Both the position numbers and the translations under genes were made by a program. Shown here piece after piece: positions 33,066 to 48,000 of a DNA stretch of 64,000 bases. Every line of letters begins with the position of its first letter. Positions within the stretch are counted from its first letter, which is position 1. The stretch comes from Isurus oxyrinchus. Taxonomy: Eukaryota. The DNA lies in contig JANJGN010000042.1 in assembly GCA_026770705.1 (NCBI GenBank), positions 124,001 to 188,000 of the forward strand, in the 5' to 3' direction. Below the pieces are notes generated by a model that was given only the letters and a program-made list of their open reading frames with translations, had not been told where the DNA came from and ran no database searches.

Positions 33066-36000
33066 AGAGGCTGCCTCAGTTTATAATAACCAATAACCTG
33101 TTTCAGTATTCACTGTAATACACACTGTCTCAGTTTATAATAACCCATAACCTGTTTCAGTATTCATTGTAATACACAGTGTCTCAGTTTATGATAACCC
33201 ATAACCTGTTTCAGTATTCACTGTAATACACACTGTCTCAGTTTATAATAACGCATAACCTGTTTCAGTATTCACTGTAATACACAGTGTCTCAGTTTAT
33301 GATAACCCATAACCTGTTTCAGTATTCACTGTAATACACACTGTCTCAGTTTATGATAACCCATAACCTGTTTCAGTATTCACTGTAATACACACTGTCT
33401 CAGTTTATAATAACCCATAACCTGTTTCAGTATTCACTGTAATACGCACTGTCTCAGTTTATAATAACCCATAACCTGTTTCAGTATTCACTGTAATACA
33501 CACTGTCTAAGTTTTTAATAACCCATAACCTGTTTCAGTATTCACTGTAATACACACTGTCTCAGTTTATAATAACCCATAACCTGTTTCAGTATTCACT
33601 GTAATACACACTGCCTCAGTTTATAATAACCCATAATCTGTATCAGTATTCACTGTAATACACATTGTCTCAGGTTATAAAAACCCATAACCTGTTTCAG
33701 TATTCACTGTAATACACACTGTCTCAGTTTATAATAACCCATAACCTGTTTCAGTAATCACTGTAATACACACTGTCTCAGTTTATAATAACCCATAACC
33801 TGTTTCAGTATTCACTGTAATACACAATGTCTCAGTTTATAATAATCAATAACCTGTTTCAGTATTCACTGTAATACACACTATCTCAGTTTATAATAAC
33901 CCATAACCTGTTTCAGTATTCACTGTAATACACACTGTCTCAGTTTATAATAACCCATAACCTGTTTCAGTAATCACTGTAATACACACTGTCTCAGTTT
34001 TTAATAACCCATAACCTGTTTCAGTATTCACTGTAATACACACTGACTCAGTTTATAATAACCCATAGCCTGTTTCATTATTCACTGTAATACACACTGC
34101 CTCAGTTTATAATAACTCATAACCTGTATCAGTATTCACTTTAATACACACTGTCTCAGTTTATAATAACCCATAACCTGTTTCAGCATTCACTGTAATA
34201 GACACTGTCTCAGTTTATATTAACCCATATCCTGATTCAGTATTCACTGTAATACACACTATCTTAGTTTATAATAACCCATAAACTGTTTCAGTATTCA
34301 CTGTAATACACACTGTCTCAGTTAATAATAAATCATAACCTGTTTCAGTATTCACTGTAATGCACACTGTCTCAGCTTATAATAACCCATAACCTGTTTC
34401 AGTATTCACTGTAATACACACTGTCTCAGTTTATAATAACCCATAACCTGTTTCAGTATTCACTGTAATACATACTGTCTCAGTTTATAATAACCCATAA
34501 ACTGTTTCAGTATTCACTGTAATACACAGTGTCTCAGTTTATAATAACCCATAACCTGTTTCAGTATTCACTGTAATACACAGTGTCTCAGTTTATGATA
34601 ACCCATAACCTGTTTCAGTATTCACTGTAATACACACTGCCTCAGTTTATGATAACCCATAACCTGTTTCAGTATTCACTGTAATACACACTGTCTCAGT
34701 TTATAATAACCCATAACCTGTTTCAGTATTCACTGTAATACGCACTGTCTCAGTTTATAATAACCCATAACCTGTTTCAGTATTCACTGTAATACACACT
34801 GTCTCAGTTTTTAATAACACATAACCTGTTTCAGTATTCACTGTAATACACACCGTCTCAGTTTATAATAACCCATAACCTGTTTCAGTATTCACTGCAA
34901 TACACACTGCCTCAGTTTATAATAACCCATAACCTGTTTCAGTATTCAGTGTAATACACACTGTCTCAGTTTATAATAACCCATAACCTGTTTCAGTATT
35001 CATTGTAATACGCACTGTCTCAGTTTATAATAACCCATAACCTGTTTCAGTATTCACTGTAATACACACTGTCTCAGTTTTTAATAACACATAACCTGTT
35101 CTAGTATTCACTGTAATACACACTGTCTCAGTTTATAATAACCCATAACCTGTTTCAGTATTCACTGTAATACACACTGCCTCAGTTTATAATAACCCAT
35201 AACCTGTATCAGTATTCACTGTAATACACATTGTCTCAGTTTATAATAACCCATAACCTGTTTCAGTATTCACTGTAATACACACTGTCTCAGTTTATAA
35301 TAACCCATAACCTGTTTCAGTATTCACTGTAATACACACTGTCTCAGTTTATAATAACGCATAACCTGTTTCAAAATTCACTGTAATACACAGTGTCTCA
35401 GTTTATGATAACCCATAACCTGTTTCAGTATTCACTGTAATACACACTGTCTCAGTTTATGATAACCCATAACCTGTTTCAGTATTCACTGTAATACACA
35501 CTGTCTCAGTTTATAATAACCCATAACCTGTTTCAGTATTCACTGTAATACGCACTGTCTCAGTTTATAATAACCCATAACCTGTTTCAGTATTCACTGT
35601 AATACACACTGTCTCAGTTTTTAATAACCCATAACCTGTTTCAGTATTCACTGTAATACACACTGTCTCAGTTTATAATAACCCATAGCCTGTTTCATTA
35701 TTCACTGTAATACACACTGCCTCAGTTTATAATAACTCATAACCTGTATCAGTATTCACTTTAATACACACTGTCTCAGTTTATAATAACCCATAACCTG
35801 TTTAAGTATTCACTGTAATACACACTGTCTCAGTTTATATTAACCCATATCCTGATTCAGTATTCACTGTAATACACACTATCTTAGTTTATAATAACCC
35901 ATAACCTGTTTCAGTATTCACGGTAATACACACTGTCTCAGTTTATAATAAATCATAACCTGTTTCAGTATTCACTTTAATACACACTGTCTCAGTTTAT

Positions 36001-39000
36001 AATAACCCATAACCTGTTTCAGTATTCACTGTAATACACACTGTCTCAGTTTATAATAACCCATAACCTGTTTCAGTATTCATTGTAATACGCACTGTCT
36101 CAGTTTATAATAACCCATAACCTGTTTCAGTATTCACTGTAATACACACTGTCTCAGTTTTTAATAACACATAACCTGTTTTAGTATTCACTGTAATACA
36201 CACTGTCTCAGTTTATAATAACCCATAAACTGTTTCAGTATTCACTGTAATACACACTGCCTCAGTTTATAATAACCCATAACCTGTATCAGTATTCACT
36301 GTAATACACATTGTCTCAGTTTATAATAACCCATAACCTGTTTCAGTATTCACTGTAATACACACTGTCTCAGTTTATAATAACCCATAACCTGTTTCAG
36401 TATTCACTGTAATACACACTGTCTCAGTTTATAATAACGCATAACCTGTTTCAGTATTCACTGCAATACACAGTGTCTCAGTTTATGATAACCCATAACC
36501 TGTTTCAGTATTCACTGTAATACACACTGTCTCAGTTTATGATAACCCATAACCTGTTTCAGTATTCACTGTAATATACACTGTCTCAGTTTATAATAAC
36601 CCATAACCTGTTTCAGTATTCACTGTAATACACAGTGTCTCAGTTTATGATAACCCATAAACTGTTTCAGTATTCACTGCTATACACACTGTCTCAGTTT
36701 ATGATAACCCATAACCTGTTTCAGTATTCACTGTAATACACACTATCTCAGTTTATGATAACCCATAACCTGTTTCAGTATTCACGGTAATACACACTGT
36801 CTCAGTTTATAATAAATCATAACCTGTTTCAGTATTCACTGTAATACACACTGTCTCAGTTTATAATAACCCATAACCTGTTTCAGTATTCACTGTAATA
36901 CACACTGTCTCAGTTTATAATAACCCATAACCTGTTTCAGTATTCATTGTAATACGCACTGTCTCAGTTTATAATAACCCATAACCTGTTTCAGTATTCA
37001 CTGTAATACACACTGTCTCAGTTTTTAATAACACATAACCTGTTTTAGTATTCACTGTAATACACACTGTCTCAGTTTATAATAACCCATAACCTGTTTC
37101 AGTAATCACTGTAATACACACTGCCTCAGTTTATAATAACCCATAACCTGTATCAGTATTCACTGTAATACACATTGTCTCAGTTTATAATAACCCATAA
37201 CCTGTTTCAGTATTCACTGTAATACACAGTGTCTCAGTTTATAATAACGCATAACCTGTTTCAGTATTCACTGTAATACACAGTGTCTCAGAATATGATA
37301 ACCCATAACCTGTTTCAGTATTCACTGTAATACACACTGTCTCAGTTTATGATAACCCATAACCTGTTTCAGTATTCACTGTAATACACACTGTCTCAGT
37401 TTATAATAACCCATAACCTGTTTCAGTATTCACTGAAATACGCACTGTCTCAGTTTATAATAACCCATAACCTGTTTCAGTATTCACTGTAATACACACT
37501 GTCTCAGCTTTTAATAACCCATAACCTGTTTCAGTATTCACTGTAATACACAGTGTCTCAGTTTATAATAACCCATAACCTGTTTCAGTATTCACTGTAA
37601 TACACACTGCCTCAGTTTATAATAACCCATAACCTGTATCAGTATTAACTGTAATACACATTGTCTCAGTTTATAATAACCCATAACCTGTTTCAGTATT
37701 CACTGTAATACACACTGTCTCAGTTTATAATAACCCATAACCAGTTTCAGTAATCACTGTAATACACACTGTCTCAGTTTATAATAACCCATAACCTGTT
37801 TCAGTATTCACTGTAATACACACTGTTTCAGTTTATAATAACCAATAACCTGTTTCAGTATTCACTGTAATACACACTATCTCAGTTTATAATAACCCAT
37901 AACCTGTTTCAGTATTCACTGTAATACACACTGTCTCAGTTTATAATAACCCATAACCTGTTTCAGTATTCACTGTAATACACACTGCCTCAGTTTATAA
38001 TAACCCATAACCTGTATCAGTATTCACTGTAATACACATTGTCTCAGTTTATAATAACCCATAACCTGTTTCAGTATTCACTGTAATACACACTGTCTCA
38101 GTTTATAATAACCCATAACCTGTTTCAGTAATCACTGTAATACACACTGTCTCAGTTTATAATAACCCATAACCTGTTTCAGTATCCACTGTAATACACA
38201 ATGTCTCAGTTTATAATAATCAATAACCTGTTTCAGTATTCACTGTAATACACACTATCTCAGTTTATAATAACCCATAACCTGTTTCAGTATTCACTGT
38301 AATACACACTGTCTCAGTTTATAATAACCCATAACCTGTTTCAGTATTCACTGTAATACTCACTGTCTCAGTTTTTAATAACCCATATCCTTATTCAGTA
38401 TTCACTGTAATACACACTATCTTAGTTTATAATAACCCATAACCTGTTTCAGTATTCACTGTAATACACACTGTCTCAGTTTATAATAAATCATAACCTG
38501 TTTCAGTATTCACTGTAATACACACTGTCTCAGTTTATAATAACCCATAGCCTGTTTCATTATTCACTGTAATACACACTGCCTCAGTTTATAATAACTC
38601 ATAACCTGTATCAGTATTCACTTTAATACACACTGTCTCAGTTTATAATAACCCATAACCTGTTTCAGTATTCACTGTAATACACACTGTCTCAGTTTAT
38701 ATTAACCCATATCCTGATTCAGTATTCACTGTAATACACACTATCTTAGTTTATAATAACCCATAACCTGTTTCAGTATTCACGGTAATACACACTGTCT
38801 CAGTTTATAATAAATCATAACCTGTTTCAGTATTCACTTTAATACACACTGTCTCAGTTTATAATAACCCATAACCTGTTTCAGTATTCACTGTAATACA
38901 CACTGTCTCAGTTTATAATAACCCATAACCTGTTTCAGTATTCATTGTAATACGCACTGTCTCAGTTTATAATAACCCATAACCTGTTTCAGTATTCACT

Positions 39001-42000
39001 GTAATACACACTGTCTCAGTTTTTAATAACACATAACCTGTTTTAGTATTCACTGTAATACACACTGTCTCAGTTTATAATAACCCATAAACTGTTTCAG
39101 TATTCACTGTAATACACACTGCCTCAGTTTATAATAACCCATAACCTGTATCAGTATTCACTGTAATACACATTGTCTCAGTTTATAATAACCCATAACC
39201 TGTTTCAGTATTCACTGTAATACACACTGTCTCAGTTTATAATAACCCATAACCTGTTTCAGTATTCACTGTAATACACACTGTCTCAGTTTATAATAAC
39301 GCATAACCTGTTTCAGTATTCACTGCAATACACAGTGTCTCAGTTTATGATAACCCATAACCTGTTTCAGTATTCACTGTAATACACACTGTCTCAGTTT
39401 ATGATAACCCATAACCTGTTTCAGTATTCACTGTAATATACACTGTCTCAGTTTATAATAACCCATAACCTGTTTCAGTATTCACTGTAATACACAGTGT
39501 CTCAGTTTATGATAACCCATAACCTGTTTCAGTATTCACTGCAATACACACTGTCTCAGTTTATGATAACCCATAACCTGTTTCAGTATTCACTGTAATA
39601 CACACTATCTCAGTTTATGATAACCCATAACCTGTTTCAGTATTCACGGTAATACACACTGTCTCAGTTTATAATAAATCATAACCTGTTTCAGTATTCA
39701 CTGTAATACACACTGTCTCAGTTTATAATAACCCATAACCTGTTTCAGTATTCACTGTAATACACACTGTCTCAGTTTATAATAACCCATAACCTGTTTC
39801 AGTATTCATTGTAATACGCACTGTCTCAGTTTATAATAACCCATAACCTGTTTCAGTATTCACTGTAATACACACTGTCTCAGTTTTTAATAACACATAA
39901 CCTGTTTTAGTATTCACTGTAATACACACTGTCTCAGTTTATAATAACCCATAACCTGTTTCAGTAATCACTGTAATACACACTGCCTCAGTTTATAATA
40001 ACCCATAACCTGTATCAGTATTCACTGTAATACACATTGTCTCAGTTTATAATAACCCATAACCTGTTTCAGTATTCACTGTAATACACAGTGTCTCAGT
40101 TTATAATAACGCATAACCTGTTTCAGTATTCACTGTAATACACAGTGTCTCAGAATATGATAACCCATGACCTGTTTCAGTATTCACTGTAATACACACT
40201 GTCTCAGTTTATGATAACCCATAACCTGTTTCAGTATTCACTGTAATACACACTGTCTCAGTTTATAATAACCCATAACCTGTTTCAGTATTCACTGAAA
40301 TACGCACTGTCTCAGTTTATAATAACCCATAACCTGTTTCAGTATTCACTGTAATACACACTGTCTCAGCTTTTAATAACCCATAACCTGTTTCAGTATT
40401 CACTGTAATACACAGTGTCTCAGTTTATAATAACCCATAACCTGTTTCAGTATTCACTGTAATACACACTGCCTCAGTTTATAATAACCCATAACCTGTA
40501 TCAGTATTAACTGTAATACACATTGTCTCAGTTTATAATAACCCATAACCTGTTTCAGTATTCACTGTAATACACACTGTCTCAGTTTATAATAACCCAT
40601 AACCAGTTTCAGTAATCACTGTAATACACACTGTCTCAGTTTATAATAACCCATAACCTGTTTCAGTATTCACTGTAATACACACTGTTTCAGTTTATAA
40701 TAACCAATAACCTGTTTCAGTATTCACTGTAATACACACTATCTCAGTTTATAATAACCCATAACCTGTTTCAGTATTCACTGTAATACACACTGTCTCA
40801 GGTTATAATAACCCATAACCTGTTTCAGTATTCACTGTAATACACACTGCCTCAGTTTATAATAACCCATAACCTGTATCAGTATTCACTGTAATACACA
40901 TTGTCTCAGTTTATAATAACCCATAACCTGTTTCAGTATTCACTGTAATACACACTGTCTCAGTTTATAATAACCCATAACCTGTTTCAGTAATCACTGT
41001 AATACACACTGTCTCAGTTTATAATAACCCATAACCTGTTTCAGTATTCACTGTAATACACAATGTCTCTGTTTATAATAATCAATAACCTGTTTCAGTA
41101 TTCACTGAAATACACACTATCTCAGTTTATAATAACCCATAACCTGTTTCAGTATTCACTGTAATACACACTGTCTCAGTTTATAATAACCCATAACCTG
41201 TTTCAGTATTCACTGTAATACTCACTGTCTCAGTTTTTAATAACCCATATCCTTATTCAGTATTCACTGTAATACACACTATCTTAGTTTATAATAACCC
41301 ATAACCTGTTTCAGTATTCACTGTAATACACACTGTCTCAGTTTATAATAAATCATAACCTGTTTCAGTATTCACTGTAATACACACTGTCTCAGTTTAT
41401 AATAACCCATAACCTGTTTCAGTATTCACTGTAATACATACTGTCTCAGTTTATAATATCCCATAACCTGTTTCAGTATTCACTGTAATACACAGTGTCT
41501 CAGTTTATAATAACCCATAACCTGTTTCAGTATTCACTGTAATACTCAGTGTCTCAGTTTATGATAACCCATAACCTGTTTCAGTATTCACTGTAATACA
41601 CACTGTCTCAGTTTATAATAACCCATAACCTGTTTCAGTATTCACTGTAATACGCACTGTCTCAGTTTATAATAACCCATAACCTGTTTCAGTATTCACT
41701 GTAATAAACACTGTCTCAGTTTTTAATAACACATAACCTGTTTCAGTACTCACTGTAATACACACCGTCTCAGTTTATAATAACCCATAACCTGTTTCAG
41801 TATTCACTGTAATACACACTGCCTCAGTTTATAATAACCCATAACCTGTTTCAGTATTCACTGTAATACACACTGTCTCAGTTTATAATAACCCATAACC
41901 TGTTTCAGTATTCATTGTAATACGCACTGTCTCAGTTTATAATAACCCATAACCTGTTTCAGTATTCACTGTAATACACACTGTCTCAGTTTTTAATAAC

Positions 42001-45000
42001 ACATAACCTGTTTTAGTATTCACTGTAATACACACTGTCTCAGTTTATAATAACCCATAACCTGTTACAGTATTCACTGTAATACACACTGCCTCAGTTT
42101 ATAATAACCCATAACCTGTATCATTATTCACTGTAATACACATTGTCTCAGTTTATAATAACCCATAACCTGTTTCAGTATTCACTGTAATACACACTGT
42201 CTCAGTTTATAATAACCCATAACCAGTTTCAGTATTCACTGTAATACACACTGTCTCAGTTTATAATAACGCATAATCTGTTTCAGTATTCACTGTAATA
42301 CACAGTGTCTCAGTTTATGATAACCCATAACCTGTTTCAGTATTCACTGTAATACACACTATCTCAGTTTATAATAATCCATAACCTGTTTCAGTATTCA
42401 CTGTAATACACACTGTCTCAGTTTATAATAACCCATATCCTGTTTCTGTATTCACTGTAATACACACTGTCTCAGTTTTTAATAACTCATAACCTGTTTC
42501 AGTATTCACTGTAATACACACTGTCTCAGTTTATAATAACCCATAACATGTTTCATTATTCACTGTAATACACAATGCCTCAGTTTATAATAACTCATAA
42601 CCTGTATCAGTATTCACTTTAATACACACTGTCTCAGTTTATAATAACCCATAACGTGTTTCAGTATTCACTGTAATACACACTGTCTCAGTTTATATTA
42701 ACCCATATCCTGATTCAGTATTCACTGTAATACACACTATCTTAGTTAATAATAACCCATAACCTGTTTCAGTATTCACTGTAATACACACTGTCTCAGT
42801 TTATAATAACCCATAACCTGTTTCAGTATTCACTGTAATACACACTGCCTCAGTTTATAATAACCCATAACCTGTTTCAGTATTCACTGTAATACACACT
42901 GTCTCAGTTTATGATAACCCATAACCTGTTTCAGTATTCACTGCAATACACACTGTCTCAGTTTATGATAACCCATAACCTGTTTCAGTATTCACTGTAA
43001 TACACACTATCTCAGTTTATGATAACCCATAACCTGTTTCAGTATTCAGTGTAATACACACTGTCTCAGTTTATAATAACCCATAACCTGTTTCAGTATT
43101 CACTGTAATACACACTGTCTCAGTTTTTAATAACCCATAACCTGTTTCAGTACTCACTGTAATACACACTGTCTCAGTTTATAATAACCCATAGCCTGTT
43201 TCATTATTCACTGTAATACACACTGCCTCAGTTTATAATAACTCATAACCTGTATCAGTATTCACTTTAATACACACTGTCTCAGTTTATAATAACCCAT
43301 AACCTGTTTCAGTATTCACTGTAATACACACTGTCTCAGTTTATATTAACCCATATCCTGATTCAGTATTCACTGTAATACACACTATCTTAGTTTATAG
43401 TAACCCATAACCTGTTTCAGTATTCACGGTAATACACACTGTCTCAGTTTATAATAAATCATAACCTGTTTCAGTATTCACTGTAATACACACTGTCTCA
43501 GTTTATAATAACCCATAACCTGTTTCAGTATTCACTGTAATACACACTGTCTCAGTTTATAATAACCCATAACCTGTTTCAGTATTCATTGTAATACGCA
43601 CTGTCTCAGTTTATAATAACCCATAACCTGTTTCAGTATTCACTGTAATACACACTGTCTCAGTTTTTAATAACACATAACCTGTTTTAGTATTCACTGT
43701 AATACACACTGTCTCAGTTTATAATAGCCCATAAACTGTTTCAGTATTCACTTTAATACACACTGCCTCAGTTTATAATAACCCATAACCTGTATCAGTA
43801 TTCACTGTAATACACATTGTCTCAGTTTATAATAACCCATAACCTGTTTCAGTATTCACTGTAATACACACTGTCTCAGTTTATAATAACCCATAACCTG
43901 TTTCAGTATTCACTGTAATACACACTGTCTCAGTTTATAATAACGCATAACCTGTTTCAGTATTCACTGTAATACACAGTGTCTCAGTTTATGATAACCC
44001 ATAACCTGTTTCAGTATTCACTGTAATACACACTGTCTCAGTTTATGATAACCCATAACCTGTTTCAGTATTCACTGTAATACACACTGTCTCAGTTTAT
44101 AATAACCCATAACCTGTTTCAGTATTCACTGTAATACGCACTGTCTCAGTTTATAATAACCCATAACCTGTTTCAGTATTCACTGTAATACACATTGTCT
44201 CAGTTTATAATAACCCATAACCTGTTTCAGTATTCACTGTAATACACACTGTCTCAGTTTATAATAACCCATAACCTGTTTCAGTATTCACTGTAATACA
44301 CACTGTCTCAGTTTATAATAACGCATAACCTGTTTCAGTATTCACTGTAATACACAATGTCTCAGTTTATGATAACCCATAACCTGTTTCAGTATTCACT
44401 GTAATACACACTGTCTCAGTTTATGATAACCCATAACCTGTTTCAGTATTCACTGTAATACACACTGTCTCAGTTTATAATAACCCATAACCTGTTTCAG
44501 TATTCACTGTAATACGCACTGTCTCAGTTTATAATAACCCATAACCTGTTTCAGTATTCACTGTAATACACACTGTCTCAGTTTTTAATAACCCATAACC
44601 TGTTTCAGTATTCACTGTAATACACACTGTCTCAGTTTATAATAACCCATAACCTGTTTCAGTATTCACTGTAATACACACTGCCTCAGTTTATAATAAC
44701 CCATAACCTGTATCAGTATTCACTGTAATACACATTGTCTCAGTTTATAATAACCCATAACCTGTTTCAGTATTCACTGTAATACACACTGTCTCAGTTT
44801 ATAATAACCCATAACCAGTTTCAGTAATCACTGTAATACACACTGTCTCAGTTTATAATAACCCATAACCTGTTTCAGTATTCACTGTAATACACACTGT
44901 CTCAGTTTATATTAACCCATATCCTGATTCAGTATTCACTGTAATACACACTATCTTAGTTTATAATAACCCATAACCTGTTTCAGTATTCACGGTAATA

Positions 45001-48000
45001 CACACTGTCTCAGTTTATAATAAATCATAACCTGTTTCATTATTCACTGTAATACACACTGTCTCAGTTTATAATAACCCATAACCTGTTTCAGTATTCA
45101 CTGTAATACACACTGTCTCAGTTTATAATAACCCATAACCTGTTTCAGTATTCATTGTAATACGCACTGTCTCAGTTTATAATAACCCATAACCTGTTTC
45201 AGTATTCACTGTAATACACACTGTCTCAGTTTTTAATAACACATAACCTGTTTTAGTATTCACTGTAATACACACTGTCTCAGTTTATAATAACCCATAA
45301 ACTGTTTCAGTATTCACTGTAATACACACTGCCTCAGTTTATAATAACCCATAACCTGTATCAGTATTCACTGTAATACACATTGTCTCAGTTTATAATA
45401 ACCCATAACCTGTTTCAGTATTCACTATAATACACACTGTCTCAGTTTATAATAACCCATAACCTGTTTCAGTATTCACTGTAATACACACGGTCTCAGT
45501 TTATAATAACGCATAACCTGTTTCAGTATTCACTGTAATACACAGTGTCTCAGTTTATGATAACCCATAACCTGTTTCAGTATTCACTGTAATACACACT
45601 GTCTCAGTTTATGATAACCCATAACCTGTTTCAGTATTCACTGTAATACACACTGTCTCAGTTTATAATAACCCATAACCTGTTTCAGTATTCACTGTAA
45701 TACGCACTGTCTCAGTTTATAATAACCCATAACCTGTTTCAGTATTCACTGTAATACACACTGTCTCAGTTGTTAATAACCCATAACCTGTTTCAGTATT
45801 CACTGTAATACACACTGTCTCAGTTTATAATAACCCATAACCTGTTTCAGTATTCACTGTAATACACACTGCCTCAGTTTATAATAACCCATAACCTGTA
45901 TCAGTATTCACTGTAATACACATTGACTCAGTTTATAATAACCCATAACCTGTTTCAGTATTCACTGTAATACACACTGTCTCAGTTTATAATAACCCAT
46001 AACCAGTTTCAGTAATCACTGTAATACACACTGTCTCAGTTTATAATAACCCATAACCTGTTTCAGTATTCACTGTAATACACACTATCTCAGTTTATAA
46101 TAACCCATAACCTGTTTCAGTATTCACTGTAATACACACAGTCTCATTTTATAATAACCCATAACCTGTTTCAGTATTAACTGTAATACACACTGTCTCA
46201 ATTTTTAATAACCCATAACCTGTTTCAGTATTCACTGTAATACACACTGTCTCAGTTTGTAATAACCCATAACCTGTTTCATTATTCACTGTAATACACA
46301 CGGCCTCAGTTTATAATAACTCATTACCTGTATCAGTATTCACTTAAATACACACTGTCTCAGTTTATAATAACCCATAACGTGTTTCAGTATTCACTGT
46401 AATACACACTGTCTCAGTTTATATTAACCCATATCCTGATTCAGTATTCACTGTAATACACACTATCTTAGTTTATAATAACCCATAACCTGTTTCAGTA
46501 TTCACTGTAATACACACTGTCTCAGTTTATAATAAATCATAACCTGTTTCAGTATTCACTGTAATACACACTATCTTAGTTTATAATAACCCATAATCTG
46601 TTACAGTGTTCACTGTAATACACACTGTCTCAGTTTATAATAACACATAACCTGTATCAGTATTCACTGTAATACACATTGTCTCAGTTTATAATAACCC
46701 ATAACCTGTTTCAGTATTCACTGTAATACACACTGTCTCAGTTTATAGTAACCCATAACCTGTTTCAGTATTCACTGTAATACACACTGTCTCAGTTTAT
46801 AATAACGCATAACCTGTTTCAGTATTCACTGTAATACACAGTGTCTCAGTTTATGATAACCCATAACCTGTTTCAGTATTCACTGTAGTACACACTGTCT
46901 CAGTTTATGATAACCCATAACCTGTTTCAGTATTCACTGTAATACACACTGTCTCAGTTTATAATAACCCATAACCTGTTTCAGTATTCACTGTAATACG
47001 CACTGTCTCAGTTTATAATAACCCATAACCTGTTTCAGTATTCACTGTAATACACACAGTCTCAGTTTTTAATAACCCATAACCTGTTTCAGTATTCACT
47101 GTAATACACACTGTCTCAGTTTATAATAACCCATAACCTGTTTCAGTATTCACTGTAATACACACTGCCTCAGTTTATAATAACCCATAACCTGTATCAG
47201 TATTCACTGTAATACACATTGTCTCAGTTTATAATAACCCATAACCTGTTTCAGTATTCACTGTAATACACACTGTCTCAGTTTATAATAACCCATAACC
47301 AGTTTCAGTAATCACTGTAATACACACTGTCTCAGTTTATAATAACCCATAACCTGTTTCAGTATTCACTGTAATACACACTGTCTCAGTTTATATTAAC
47401 CCATATCCTGATTCAGTATTCACTGTAATACACACTATCTTAGTTTATAATAACCCATAACCTGTTTCAGTATTCACGGTAATACACACTGTCTCAGTTT
47501 ATAATAAATCATAACCTGTTTCAGTATTCACTGTAATACACACTGTCTCAGTTTATAATAACCCATAACCTGTTTCAGTATTCACTGTAATACACACTGT
47601 CTCAGTTTATAATAACCCATAACCTGTTTCAGTATTCATTGTAATACGCACTGTCTCAGTTTATAATAACCCATAACCTGTTTCAGTATTCACTGTAATA
47701 CACACTGTCTCAGTTTTTAATAACACATAACCTGTTTTAGTATTCACTGTAATACACACTGTCTCAGTTTATAATAACCCATAAACTGTTTCAGTATTCA
47801 CTGTAATACACACTGCCTCAGTTTATAATAACCCATAACCTGTATCAGTATTCACTGTAATACACATTGTCTCAGTTTATAATAACCCATAACCTGTTTC
47901 AGTATTCACTGTAATACACCCTGTCTCAGTTTATAATAACCCATAACCTGTTTCAGTATTCACTGTAATACACACTGTCTCAGTTTATAATAACGCATAA

